From IMG/VR virus record IMGVR_UViG_3300042380_000159: a stretch of 64,000 nt of DNA, one strand, 5' to 3'. A program made the translations under genes and the position numbers. Within the stretch, counting starts at the first letter, position 1; each line of letters starts with the position of its first letter. The notes under the pieces are model-generated. The model searched no databases. It worked only from the letters and a program-made list of their open reading frames with translations, and was not told the DNA's origin. Positions 1-8,098 of this stretch are shown in pieces. The stretch is from an uncultured virus (IMG/VR IMGVR_UViG_3300042380_000159) (Duplodnaviria > Heunggongvirae > Uroviricota > Caudoviricetes).

Positions 1-31
1 AGCCCTGGGCCATTTCCCCCGTGATTTTTTG

Positions 32-253
32 CTAGTGCGTGATGTCCACGAGCGGCACGCGGAGCCAGCTGCCGCCCACGTCGAGCACCACCATGTGGCC
101 GTCGATCCACTCGACGCGCCCGCTCCACGTCTTGCCGCTGGTCGTGCCGCTGATGAAGTCGCCCACGGCGGGCTCGGCAGGGACAGCGGTGTGGTCAGCC
201 ATCCCAGCGACGGCGGCGAGGTACTCGTTCTGATGGGGGTCGGTACTGTACAT
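32..253 (-). CDS. Small conserved phage protein (homolog of 36860-37081)
   Basis: GDFISGTTSGKTWSGRVEW...DITH vs GDFVSGNTAGKHWSGHVEW...DITH. Confidence 0.8.
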   Translation of the reverse strand: MYSTDPHQNEYLAAVAGMADHTAVPAEPAVGDFISGTTSGKTWSGRVEWIDGHMVVLDVGGSWLRVPLVDITH

Positions 254-317
254 CTGTCTACTGGCTCCTTTGAGGGTGGCGAAAATGTATTGACGGGTGA
301 ACTTCTGTCAAGCGGCA

Positions 318-335
318 TAGCGTCGGCGTTAGAAC
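318..335. promoter_or_regulatory. Putative operator TAGCGTCGGCGTTAGAAC (unit 0), copy 1
   Basis: Exact 18-bp repeat of 831-848; imperfect palindrome TARCGYC/GRCGYTA. Confidence 0.65.
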
Positions 336-339
336 AAAA

Positions 340-483
340 TCAAAAAAGAGACTTGGCGGCGGTCAGGATCATGTCAATGGCGTCGTGGACAAAGCGGGCC
401 AGCGGCGTGTCATGGCCGAGGTCTTGGCCAAGGCGAACCAGCACGAGCGACTCAAGAGCTCGATCCCAGTTGATGCGTTTCAT
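340..483 (-). CDS. Small protein (homolog of 37138-37281)
   Basis: MKRINWDRALESLVLVRLGQDLG vs MKPTWDNALHALVLIRIGQDLG; AAGGAGG SD. Confidence 0.75.
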   Translation of the reverse strand: MKRINWDRALESLVLVRLGQDLGHDTPLARFVHDAIDMILTAAKSLF

Positions 484-538
484 GATTGCCCTCCTTGGCG
501 GTGGCCCCGGTGGCGGATTCCACCGGGGCGGGTTTGCG

Positions 539-775
539 TTAGGCGGCGAAGCAACTGAGCGGCAGGCGAATCTTGGCCTTGTCAACGCCGCGAACCGGGC
601 AGTCGCAGCTAACCGTCAGGACGTACTCACCGACGAGCTGGTTCCACTCGGTCGCACGCACGACGTAGTGGCCGCCAGCCTTGGTCCGAATCTTGTCGCC
701 AGCCTTGTAGCCGCAGCCAGCGGCAGCCATCTGGTCAGCCATCATCCGAATCCCCTTGAGCGTTGCAGCGTTCAT
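539..775 (-). CDS. Hypothetical protein specific to unit 0
   Basis: ORF MNAATLKG... with GGGAG SD, downstream of the promoter at 827-854. Confidence 0.6.
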   Translation of the reverse strand: MNAATLKGIRMMADQMAAAGCGYKAGDKIRTKAGGHYVVRATEWNQLVGEYVLTVSCDCPVRGVDKAKIRLPLSCFAA

Positions 776-826
776 AGTTTCGTCTCCCAGTTCTCGGCCG
801 CGAGTCTCAATCGCTCGCATGGCCCC

Positions 827-854
827 ATTGTAGCGTCGGCGTTAGAACTAGCAA
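827..854 (-). promoter_or_regulatory. Early promoter TTGCTA-N16-TACAAT with operator copy 2 in the spacer
   Basis: Read directly on the - strand; repeat at 831-848. Confidence 0.6.
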
Positions 855-901
855 GGGGTGAGAAATTATTTTTTTCGACCCGGTTTTTCCCGTGAAAATC
901 G

Positions 902-1141
902 CTAGTTTCGGGAAAACTTGCCAGGACGGCCGCCGGTTCCCCGGTCCCGCTTGGCGAATCGGAGCACCTCGGCCTCGTCAAAAACGAGGGCGGTAGGGGC
1001 GGCGTGCCACGAGTCCAGCCCGCCTTTGTCGCCCCCGAGCAGGGCCAGCTGGCGCACCCTGCCCATCGAGACGTTGAGGATCTTCGCCGCCTCGGCTGTG
1101 GAAATCAGCTTTTTCCCGGTCGGGAGTGCCACGGTAATCAT
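902..1141 (-). CDS. Excisionase/MerR-type HTH DNA-binding protein (candidate repressor, unit 0)
   Basis: LISTAEAAKILNVSMGRVRQL; promoter TTGACA-N16-TAGTAT ends 8 nt before the ATG. Confidence 0.8.
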   Translation of the reverse strand: MITVALPTGKKLISTAEAAKILNVSMGRVRQLALLGGDKGGLDSWHAAPTALVFDEAEVLRFAKRDRGTGGRPGKFSRN

Positions 1142-1314
1142 GCCCTTCAATACTAACGCCGTGGCAAGCGGTGTCAAAGGGGCGCGATCCGGTTGCCAGC
1201 ATCGCCTTTCCCGCCCGATAATCGGGCGGTGAACAAGGCATCCAGCGGAGGGCACTCCCGCTGAAGTTTTGTATACTAGTGACCGAAGGACCACGGAAAG
1301 CGAAAGGAAAGGCC

Positions 1315-2202
1315 ATGAAACTGCGAGAGTTCCTGCACGAAAGATATGCGATCCTCCACAATTTGAAAGCCCGCAGCGTCGAGCTCTACACGTTCTCGAT
1401 CGACCGCTTCGGCGACTTCCTCGAACGCGAGCCGGAACTGTCTGACTTAGAGGATCTGACGGTATCCAAGTTCCTGCGGTGGCGGGCGGTCACGCCACAC
1501 AAGGGCAAGATCGCACGCCCGGCATCCGTGGCAAAGGACAAGTGCCAGCTGCTCGGGCTGTGGAACGCAGCCGCACGCAAGCGGCTGGTGGAGCACTTCC
1601 CCGATCTGGCCCGCAATATCGTCCGCGTTCCCCACCGACCGCCCCAGGCGTACACGGTGGAAGAAATCAGCCGCATGGTGCGGGTGGCCAAGACCCGGCA
1701 GGGGATGGTCGGCCCGGTCCCGGCCGCGTGGGTTTGGCCGACGCTTTTGATGTCGTGCTACTTTACCGGGGAGCGCATCGGCAGCCACCTCGAAGTCCGC
1801 TGGCAGCAGATCGACTCCACCCGCCGCACGGTCACGTTTCTCTCGGAACACCGCAAGGGGCTCGGGCGCACGATTACGCGGGCGATCACGCCGCAACTGG
1901 TTCAGATGCTCGACGCGGCCCGTCGCGGTCCTGACGAGCTTGTATGGCCTTGGCTGGAACACCGCGAAATCGGCTCGCTGTGGCCACGGATTCGGGACAT
2001 ATGCCTGGCGGCAGGCGTAACGCCGAAGGGCTTCCACGCCATCCGCAAGGCGGCCGGTTCCTATGTCAAAGCTGCTGGCGGCGATGCCACGGAGTTCCTG
2101 ACGCACGCGGACGGGCGAACGACCAAGGACCACTACCTCGACCCGAAGATCGTGGGCGAGGCGTCGGCCTTGGATTTCCTGCCGCCGCTCGACATCAACT
2201 GA
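1315..2202 (+). CDS. int: Tyrosine recombinase/integrase
   Basis: TGERIG, FHAIRK, LTH and YLDP catalytic motifs; GAAAGGA SD. Confidence 0.92.
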   Translation: MKLREFLHERYAILHNLKARSVELYTFSIDRFGDFLEREPELSDLEDLTVSKFLRWRAVTPHKGKIARPASVAKDKCQLLGLWNAAARKRLVEHFPDLARNIVRVPHRPPQAYTVEEISRMVRVAKTRQGMVGPVPAAWVWPTLLMSCYFTGERIGSHLEVRWQQIDSTRRTVTFLSEHRKGLGRTITRAITPQLVQMLDAARRGPDELVWPWLEHREIGSLWPRIRDICLAAGVTPKGFHAIRKAAGSYVKAAGGDATEFLTHADGRTTKDHYLDPKIVGEASALDFLPPLDIN

Positions 2203-2203
2203 A

Positions 2204-2266
2204 CCGGGCTGACGGGGAGGCGGCAGGGAAAGGAAGGAAAACCTGCCGCCTCAACCCGCCGCCCGG
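2204..2266. other. Conserved hairpin with GAAAGGAAGGAAAA loop at the integrase/late-operon convergence
   Basis: Stem GAGGCGGCAGG/CCTGCCGCCTC; covarying copy at 38796-38863. Confidence 0.75.
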
Positions 2267-2267
2267 C

Positions 2268-2465
2268 TCATTGTTCCGCTGGCCGTGCGATGTTCTCGCG
2301 TGCCGCGATGATCGCCAGCAGCCGCTCGCGTTCCTCGAGCAGGCGGCCGATCATCCTGGCCGCCGTGCCGTTGGTCGCGGTCCACGAATTGGAAGGCCCG
2401 TGGCGTCCCACCCACAGCCACGCTTCCTGCGCCTCGTCTTCGCTGTACGGCACGCGGGGATTCAC
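2268..2465 (-). CDS. Conserved 65-aa protein
   Basis: Near-identical to 38863-39060. Confidence 0.8.
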   Translation of the reverse strand: MNPRVPYSEDEAQEAWLWVGRHGPSNSWTATNGTAARMIGRLLEERERLLAIIAARENIARPAEQ

Positions 2466-2812
2466 TCCATGCCCTCACGGTGGAGCACCAGGCTGATGAC
2501 GCTGTAGGCGGCGATGTCTTTCAACGTGTCTTCAATGCCGTCGAACTCCACCCGCCCGTTGTGGCAGAAGGCTTTCAGCCGCTGCATCTTGTCGGCCATG
2601 CGGATAAGGCATGCCTTCCAGGGTTCGATGTTGACCACCTCGGCCCCGTTGCGAATGTTCGCCAGGGCATCCTCGTCTTCACCGTAGTCAAGCGTCTTGG
2701 CCAAGTGAAGTTGCTTGATTTCGTCCAGCACCGCGAGAAACTCGCGCGAGCCGGGCCGCAGTCCCTCACGCATCACGCCATCACCATTGAGTCGGTCGGC
2801 CACGGTAATCAT
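2462..2812 (-). CDS. DUF1599-like (nucleotide-modification-associated) protein
   Basis: K..DYG...DALAN...RMADKMQRL...EDTLKDIAAY pattern. Confidence 0.7.
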   Translation of the reverse strand: MITVADRLNGDGVMREGLRPGSREFLAVLDEIKQLHLAKTLDYGEDEDALANIRNGAEVVNIEPWKACLIRMADKMQRLKAFCHNGRVEFDGIEDTLKDIAAYSVISLVLHREGME

Positions 2813-3984
2813 CCCTTTCTGTTCCCTTCGCTGACGTGCATTGATCGCAGCCCGCCATCGGGGCTGTAGAGAAATGTTTCGCATGCCTGTCTAGCACCGA
2901 GGAATCCGTTGGCTGAGTGCCAATCGTCAGGCGGGCAGATTGTTGGGGCCGTCCGCACGATCACGCCGTCGAGCGTGTCGAGCGGCTTGTTGTGATCGGC
3001 AGCCTGGTGGTGCAGATGCCCCGTGTGCCATTCGCGGTAGGTGCTGCGGCTCCACGCCTCGCGTTGCTCTAGGGCCATGATCTGCGGGAGCTTCCGCTTC
3101 GCCTTATGCCCGTGCGTAAACCCAAGCAGGTTGCGCCCGTGCGTGAGGTATTGCCGTGAGAGAAAGTCGGGCTTGATCGTCACCGCCTTCGAGCCACGGA
3201 ACCGCTCCACGAGGATCCGCTGAAAGGCCCACGTCAGCACCTCGTCGTGGTTGCCGTTCACGATCACCACGTCGGTGGGGGCCGAGGCCGCCGACCGCTC
3301 GACGATGCGGAGCAGCGAGTCGCAACCCACCTGAATCATCTTCTGCAATCGGCCGTCACGCTCCAGCGGCGTGCCTCCGGTTGTCGTGCCGCTCGGCGTG
3401 TCGTAGTGGAAGAGGTCGCCCAGGAACGCGATCGTGCGGCGGGTGGGCTTGTGGGCATCTCCCACCGCCACCAGTTCGGCCCCGGCTTTGCCCACGAGCT
3501 GCTCGGCCAGGTCTAGGTCGTAGTCGCTGCCGCCCGTGGTCTTGCTCCACGAGTACGCCCCGAAGTGCGTGTCGCTGATGACGAGCACCTGCCATAGCCC
3601 GTCTGCCTTGGGTGCCTTGACGGTTTTGGTCAAGGGCTTGCGGAGCGTCTTCTTCGCGGCGTCGATCATCGCCTCGACCACTTCGATGGTCGTCGGCCCG
3701 CCCTTGGGCTTGAGCCGCACAAAGACGCGGTGCAGTTCGATGGTGCCGCCGTCGCCGTCGCCGCACTCCCACTTGGTCGCCTCGCTGGCCGCGACCTCGA
3801 AGCGGGTCATGTCGGCCTCGATGTGGCGAAGCAGATCCTCCACCGTCTTGATGCGTCGGCTCGTCGAACGGGCCTCCAGCGAATCGCCGTCCTGCCGCTG
3901 GGTCACCTGCTCGGCATCGGCGGCAGGCTTCGCGGGCGGGAGCTTCGATGCCACGGAAGCCGCTAGCGTTTTCCGTTTAGCCAT
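2809..3984 (-). CDS. Calcineurin-like metallophosphoesterase
   Basis: SDTH, GD, GNHD, HGH, GHLH motifs. Confidence 0.88.
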   Translation of the reverse strand: MAKRKTLAASVASKLPPAKPAADAEQVTQRQDGDSLEARSTSRRIKTVEDLLRHIEADMTRFEVAASEATKWECGDGDGGTIELHRVFVRLKPKGGPTTIEVVEAMIDAAKKTLRKPLTKTVKAPKADGLWQVLVISDTHFGAYSWSKTTGGSDYDLDLAEQLVGKAGAELVAVGDAHKPTRRTIAFLGDLFHYDTPSGTTTGGTPLERDGRLQKMIQVGCDSLLRIVERSAASAPTDVVIVNGNHDEVLTWAFQRILVERFRGSKAVTIKPDFLSRQYLTHGRNLLGFTHGHKAKRKLPQIMALEQREAWSRSTYREWHTGHLHHQAADHNKPLDTLDGVIVRTAPTICPPDDWHSANGFLGARQACETFLYSPDGGLRSMHVSEGNRKG

Positions 3985-4217
3985 TGAATGACTCCCTGCA
4001 AGCCGCTTGTTTTCCAGCCTCGCTCTCGTGCGGCTTCGATGATCGCACGAGCGAAGGCCGTCTTCTGGTGGGTCGCGTGATTGAACGAAGCCCGCACCGC
4101 TTCCAGTTCCGCCTGGGCCTCAGCGGGTAGCCGTTGAAACCACGTCTCGAATCCGGGGCTGCGGTTCTTCGCCCGAGCCAGCACGTCATCAAGCAGGCTT
4201 GTCGGCTTTTTTGCCAC
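3963..4217 (-). CDS. Small helical protein (homolog of 40459-40710)
   Basis: TSLLDD...WF...G++QWL shared between units. Confidence 0.7.
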   Translation of the reverse strand: MAKKPTSLLDDVLARAKNRSPGFETWFQRLPAEAQAELEAVRASFNHATHQKTAFARAIIEAARERGWKTSGLQGVIQWLNGKR

Positions 4218-4365
4218 GAGGCTTCCCTTTCGGCTTGGGCTTCGCAGAACGACGCAGGACCATGTTGCCGTCATCGTCGAGGATGCCGAGGCCAGAGGGC
4301 TCGTCGTCCTCGAAGTCGAGCTCAGCGAGTTTCGGTGTCTTCGCCTTGGGCGGCTTGCGGGGCAT
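4189..4365 (-). CDS. Small basic/acidic protein MPRKPPKAKTP... (not in ORF track)
   Basis: Hand translation; homolog of 40679-40861. Confidence 0.7.
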   Translation of the reverse strand: MPRKPPKAKTPKLAELDFEDDEPSGLGILDDDGNMVLRRSAKPKPKGKPRGKKADKPA

Positions 4366-4407
4366 CGGCGTCCCTTTCGCCCGTCACCGTAGCCGGGGCG
4401 TCAAGCG

Positions 4408-4743
4408 TCAATCGCCAACGTAAAACTTCTTCGCCGCGATCAGCGCGTTCCGCGCGTCGGTTTGGACCTTGTTCCCGACCTCGTTCATCCAACGCCTCCG
4501 GCCCTCGCACCCGCACCCGCCGGGCTTTCCTTCCGTGCGTGTCAGCCACTCGACCAGCTCTTTCGTGATGCCGAGTGCGGTCAGGCCACGCTCTACGAGG
4601 TCGCCGATAGGGATGGGTTCCCATATGCCTTCCGGCACAGGCGCGCACATGCGATAGAGCGGCAGCGTCTTGGCAACGTAGCCGCAGGTTGGGCAGGTGC
4701 GCTCGGGGTTCTGGAAGTCGCACAGTTTTGCCGGGTCGATCAT
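4408..4743 (-). CDS. Cys-rich tail-associated protein
   Basis: CPTC and CGC motifs; positional homolog of 42885-43322. Confidence 0.6.
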   Translation of the reverse strand: MIDPAKLCDFQNPERTCPTCGYVAKTLPLYRMCAPVPEGIWEPIPIGDLVERGLTALGITKELVEWLTRTEGKPGGCGCEGRRRWMNEVGNKVQTDARNALIAAKKFYVGD

Positions 4744-6854
4744 TCTGGGATTTCGATCTTGTAAAAATTATCGTCGCCAGGCGTAAAGCCCTCCGGCGGC
4801 GGCTCTGTCCATTGGAACCATTCCATCGGCAACCCCTCGCCGTCGTTAAACCGAGGGTCGCGGCGATTGATGACATACATGCCCGACACAGGCTTGCACA
4901 TCGTCGGAGAACTGCACGCATTGCACGGGCGTGAAAAAGTGTGGTTGCTTGGAAAATTGACGTAATCGTCGCCGGGCATCCCCACTCGCGTCTCGCAGTT
5001 TCTCGCGCAGGACTGGCAGTTTGCTCCGTAGTAGCTGTCGCATCTCATGACGGCGACGTACAGGCCGAACCCGCCGTAACTGATCGTGCAATCAGCCGTC
5101 GCACCCGAAGGACCACCGCCGCCGCGCGGCAAAACGTATGTCGTAAAAGGCGGGTCTGGCTCCGGCAGATACGGAGCCGATGGCTCGTGCACCCGCACCT
5201 CCAGCTCCAACGGCGCAAAGCTACCGTCTGGGCAGCAAACGTGCCGCACGTTGGTCGGCGTTGCGATCTCAGGCGTGTAGTTGCCGCCTGGGGCGACCGT
5301 AAGCGTGATGCCGCGCGGCGAGGTCGCGGAAAAGGGAAGCCCGACGCAATCTTCTCCGGGGCCTGGCGTCTTCCAGATTTCCTCAAAGCAACCGGCAGAA
5401 ACAAACGCCGGGCTCACATCGTTGCCGCGCGGCGTGAATCCAGCCGGATCGTTGACCATTACTCGCACAGACTGAGGCGAGTATTCCAGTTCGATAGTTG
5501 CCGAGCAGCCTTTGTTAGTTCTGGTGTGGCGGTATAGGCACGGATTCAGATTGCCAAAACCGCCCTGCGTTCTGCTGGGTCTTCGTAGGACGACAGACTT
5601 TCCGTTCCAGTACGGCCCGCAGCAAATCTCGACCCATTCCCACGCCAAATATCCAAAGCCGCCGTTGGCGATGTTAAGCGCCGCGATCTGCCCGAAGGTT
5701 GCACTGTTAGGGTTTGTGTTGATGGTCGCGCTGATTGCGGCCCCTCCGTAGGTGCCTTCCGCTCTGCCTCGCTGCGCGACCGTGACCGTTACCGTTGCGA
5801 CCTCGACCGTCGTCGGCCCTGGCAAATAGTAAGCGCCAGCGCTCGTCACTTGGATGAATTCAATCGGGCCGCCCTCAGCGTAATACTCCCGAAACCAGCC
5901 ATCGATAATGTCCTTGTCGTCTGTGTCGAGCTCAAAATCGACGATTGAGCCGCCAGGGCCAACGGTCTTGACGACCCACGGCGTGACAAAATCGCCGCAG
6001 TGCTCGACGCCGTTTGTCGGCGTAAACACAAGCTCATCGCCAACCGCGTACCCAGAACCTGCGTTATTGATCGCAAAGTCGTTAAGAGCCCAGACGGGGC
6101 TGCCGTCACAGTTCGAGAAACCCTGGAGCATGACAGGAACCAGCTGCGCACCGCCCCCGGCGGCAGAGGCCACGGACATGGAAAGCGATGGCGCAGTTCG
6201 CCCGCGCACAAGAAACGCCGACGCGGGTTCAACTTCGACGCCAGGAGCCTCAACGGTAAACGTGATGTTGTTGCTTGTTGTCGTGCCTTCTCCATTAAGG
6301 GCAAGGCCGCTCACCTCCCAGACGGCCTCCTCGCCCTCGCCGACCTTCTCTAGCGATACCGTGAACTGTTGCGTCCCGCCCGCGCTGGCGGTCACAGTTG
6401 GCTCAAGTCGCTCAACGATGATTCTTGCGTAGCCTTCCCCGCCGCTCGTGAGCTCAACGGCAGACACAGGGCCAGGGTTGTCGCCCGGTGCCGTCACTTT
6501 GCCAGCCGCGCCGAAGCCGAAATCTGATTCAAAATTCAGAAATGCCAGCGAACCACCCTGCACGCGATCCGCAGGCCAGTTAGTTACGCTAACCGTCACG
6601 GTGTCGGGCAGGCTGTCGCCCTTGCAGTCCACGCATGGCAACGAACCGCCGCACTGGCCGCCAACGCACTGGCAGCCGGGAGGGCAGTCTTCGTTTTTTG
6701 CGCATGGGCCAGAGCACGGGCTAGCGCAGCACGGCGAGCAGGTGCTTCCGAGCATGATGCCGATGGGATACATGCCCGCCGCGAAGGCGAGGACGGCCCA
6801 CGCCAGGAGGGAAGGCGGATCGGCGGACACGATGGCGGCGAGGAGGTCTAGCAT
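4740..6854 (-). CDS. Large Cys-rich tail tip/receptor-binding candidate
   Basis: End of tail operon; repeated GxGY beta motifs and Cys clusters. Confidence 0.6.
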   Translation of the reverse strand: MLDLLAAIVSADPPSLLAWAVLAFAAGMYPIGIMLGSTCSPCCASPCSGPCAKNEDCPPGCQCVGGQCGGSLPCVDCKGDSLPDTVTVSVTNWPADRVQGGSLAFLNFESDFGFGAAGKVTAPGDNPGPVSAVELTSGGEGYARIIVERLEPTVTASAGGTQQFTVSLEKVGEGEEAVWEVSGLALNGEGTTTSNNITFTVEAPGVEVEPASAFLVRGRTAPSLSMSVASAAGGGAQLVPVMLQGFSNCDGSPVWALNDFAINNAGSGYAVGDELVFTPTNGVEHCGDFVTPWVVKTVGPGGSIVDFELDTDDKDIIDGWFREYYAEGGPIEFIQVTSAGAYYLPGPTTVEVATVTVTVAQRGRAEGTYGGAAISATINTNPNSATFGQIAALNIANGGFGYLAWEWVEICCGPYWNGKSVVLRRPSRTQGGFGNLNPCLYRHTRTNKGCSATIELEYSPQSVRVMVNDPAGFTPRGNDVSPAFVSAGCFEEIWKTPGPGEDCVGLPFSATSPRGITLTVAPGGNYTPEIATPTNVRHVCCPDGSFAPLELEVRVHEPSAPYLPEPDPPFTTYVLPRGGGGPSGATADCTISYGGFGLYVAVMRCDSYYGANCQSCARNCETRVGMPGDDYVNFPSNHTFSRPCNACSSPTMCKPVSGMYVINRRDPRFNDGEGLPMEWFQWTEPPPEGFTPGDDNFYKIEIPE

Positions 6855-7198
6855 TGGGCGGCGATGAGGAACCAAGCGGTGCCATCCTTGGCGATGGCGC
6901 AGTTACGAGATGACGCTGCCGTGCCGATGGCAGCAAATAAATTTGTCGCGCTCAGCGTGGCGGTCGAGCCGCGCAGCGTCACCGTCTTTGCGCCGTCGAT
7001 CGACCACGAGCCTGTGAAAGTGGCTACGCGAAAGACCTTGCCAGCGACGCCGCCCGGCGCGGAGCCGTAGGAGATCCCTGGCTGGTCGCGGTCGCCACCC
7101 TCGACGGTTCGCACCACCTTGGCGATCCGCTCCGCAGCGGGCCGCGTGAACGTGACCCGCTCAGTCTTCGCCGGTTTGCCGTCTGCCTTGCGGGACAT
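6848..7198 (-). CDS. Minor tail protein
   Basis: Homolog of 43912-44391; tail position. Confidence 0.65.
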   Translation of the reverse strand: MSRKADGKPAKTERVTFTRPAAERIAKVVRTVEGGDRDQPGISYGSAPGGVAGKVFRVATFTGSWSIDGAKTVTLRGSTATLSATNLFAAIGTAASSRNCAIAKDGTAWFLIAAQC

Positions 7199-7210
7199 CG
7201 CGGCTCCCCG

Positions 7211-8098
7211 TCAGGATGTCGGCGGCGTGCCGAAGTAGCCCGTAAAGGCCACCTCGCGGTTCACGCGGCGCTCAAGAATGGTGGGGGCACCGGAGCCGGT
7301 GAAATCGCTGTTGAAGTTGATGCTTCCGTCTGAGTTCAGCGCCATGACTGACGCGGACGGAATCTTTTCTCCTTCCTCTGAAAAGACGTAGCACCGCTTC
7401 TTCTGGCCGCCGCTGGTGTAGTTCCATCCGACGTTAGGCAGGTAGAGCTTGTACCCGCTCGGCTTGTAGGAAAGTTCGGCCGTCACCTGCCAATAGGTGA
7501 CCTGTAGGCCGTTCACCACCTCGGTGGTCTGCTGGGCACTGATGCCGTTGCATAACCATTGGTGGGCGGACGCACCGGCGTAGCTGTCGGAGTTCACACA
7601 GCCCGTCACGGCAATCGCCGTGGCCATTGGGAAGGAGGCACGGTTGCCCGAGACCGAGACGCGAAGTTCGCCCTCAATAGCCTGCGCCCCTTCAATGATG
7701 TCGCCAGCCGTGTTAACGAGCGGCTTGATTGTGCCGTTTCCGCTGCCGTCGTAGTAGCGGAACGTCGGCACCGACAGGCCGCTCGTAGAGACCGACCAAA
7801 CATCAGCACGCGAGAGCGGGCTTGCGTTGTAGTTGGATGTGCCCGAGGCGGGCGTCTCGTAGCTGTACGTTGCTTCCGCGTGAAAGCGGTCGGTCTCCGT
7901 GACCTGCCCGTTGTGGCAGAGCAGGTACGCATACTCTGGGTGGGCGGTCCCGTGAAAGATGCCTATTGCCCCGAGGATGTCCTGCGTGTTCGTCGGGCCG
8001 TCGAGCGTGAGGGCGTACTTGATCTCGGCCGTGGGGCTTTCGCCAAACTTGTGCGAGAAGGTGCGCGGCAGGATTTCGCGGTAGGACAGGACGGCCAT
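7211..8098 (-). CDS. Minor tail protein following the tape measure (distal-tail candidate)
   Basis: Position; homolog of 44400-45275. Confidence 0.65.
   Translation of the reverse strand: MAVLSYREILPRTFSHKFGESPTAEIKYALTLDGPTNTQDILGAIGIFHGTAHPEYAYLLCHNGQVTETDRFHAEATYSYETPASGTSNYNASPLSRADVWSVSTSGLSVPTFRYYDGSGNGTIKPLVNTAGDIIEGAQAIEGELRVSVSGNRASFPMATAIAVTGCVNSDSYAGASAHQWLCNGISAQQTTEVVNGLQVTYWQVTAELSYKPSGYKLYLPNVGWNYTSGGQKKRCYVFSEEGEKIPSASVMALNSDGSINFNSDFTGSGAPTILERRVNREVAFTGYFGTPPTS

Larger units (their letters stand above)
1..1260. mobile_element. End of phage unit 0 (early/regulatory end)
   Basis: Genes at 32-253, 340-483 and 902-1141 are positional and sequence homologs of 36860-37081, 37138-37281 and 37372-37626. 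Confidence 0.85.

Noticed and set aside
243..262. SOS-box-like sequence GTACTGTACATCTGTCTACT
   Set aside because: Does not fit CTGT-N8-ACAG and is not conserved at the equivalent unit 1 position
1141..1315. att core shared with 37626-37862 (AGCGGAG..CACT)
   Set aside because: Match too short and imperfect to call; no tRNA fragment recognised
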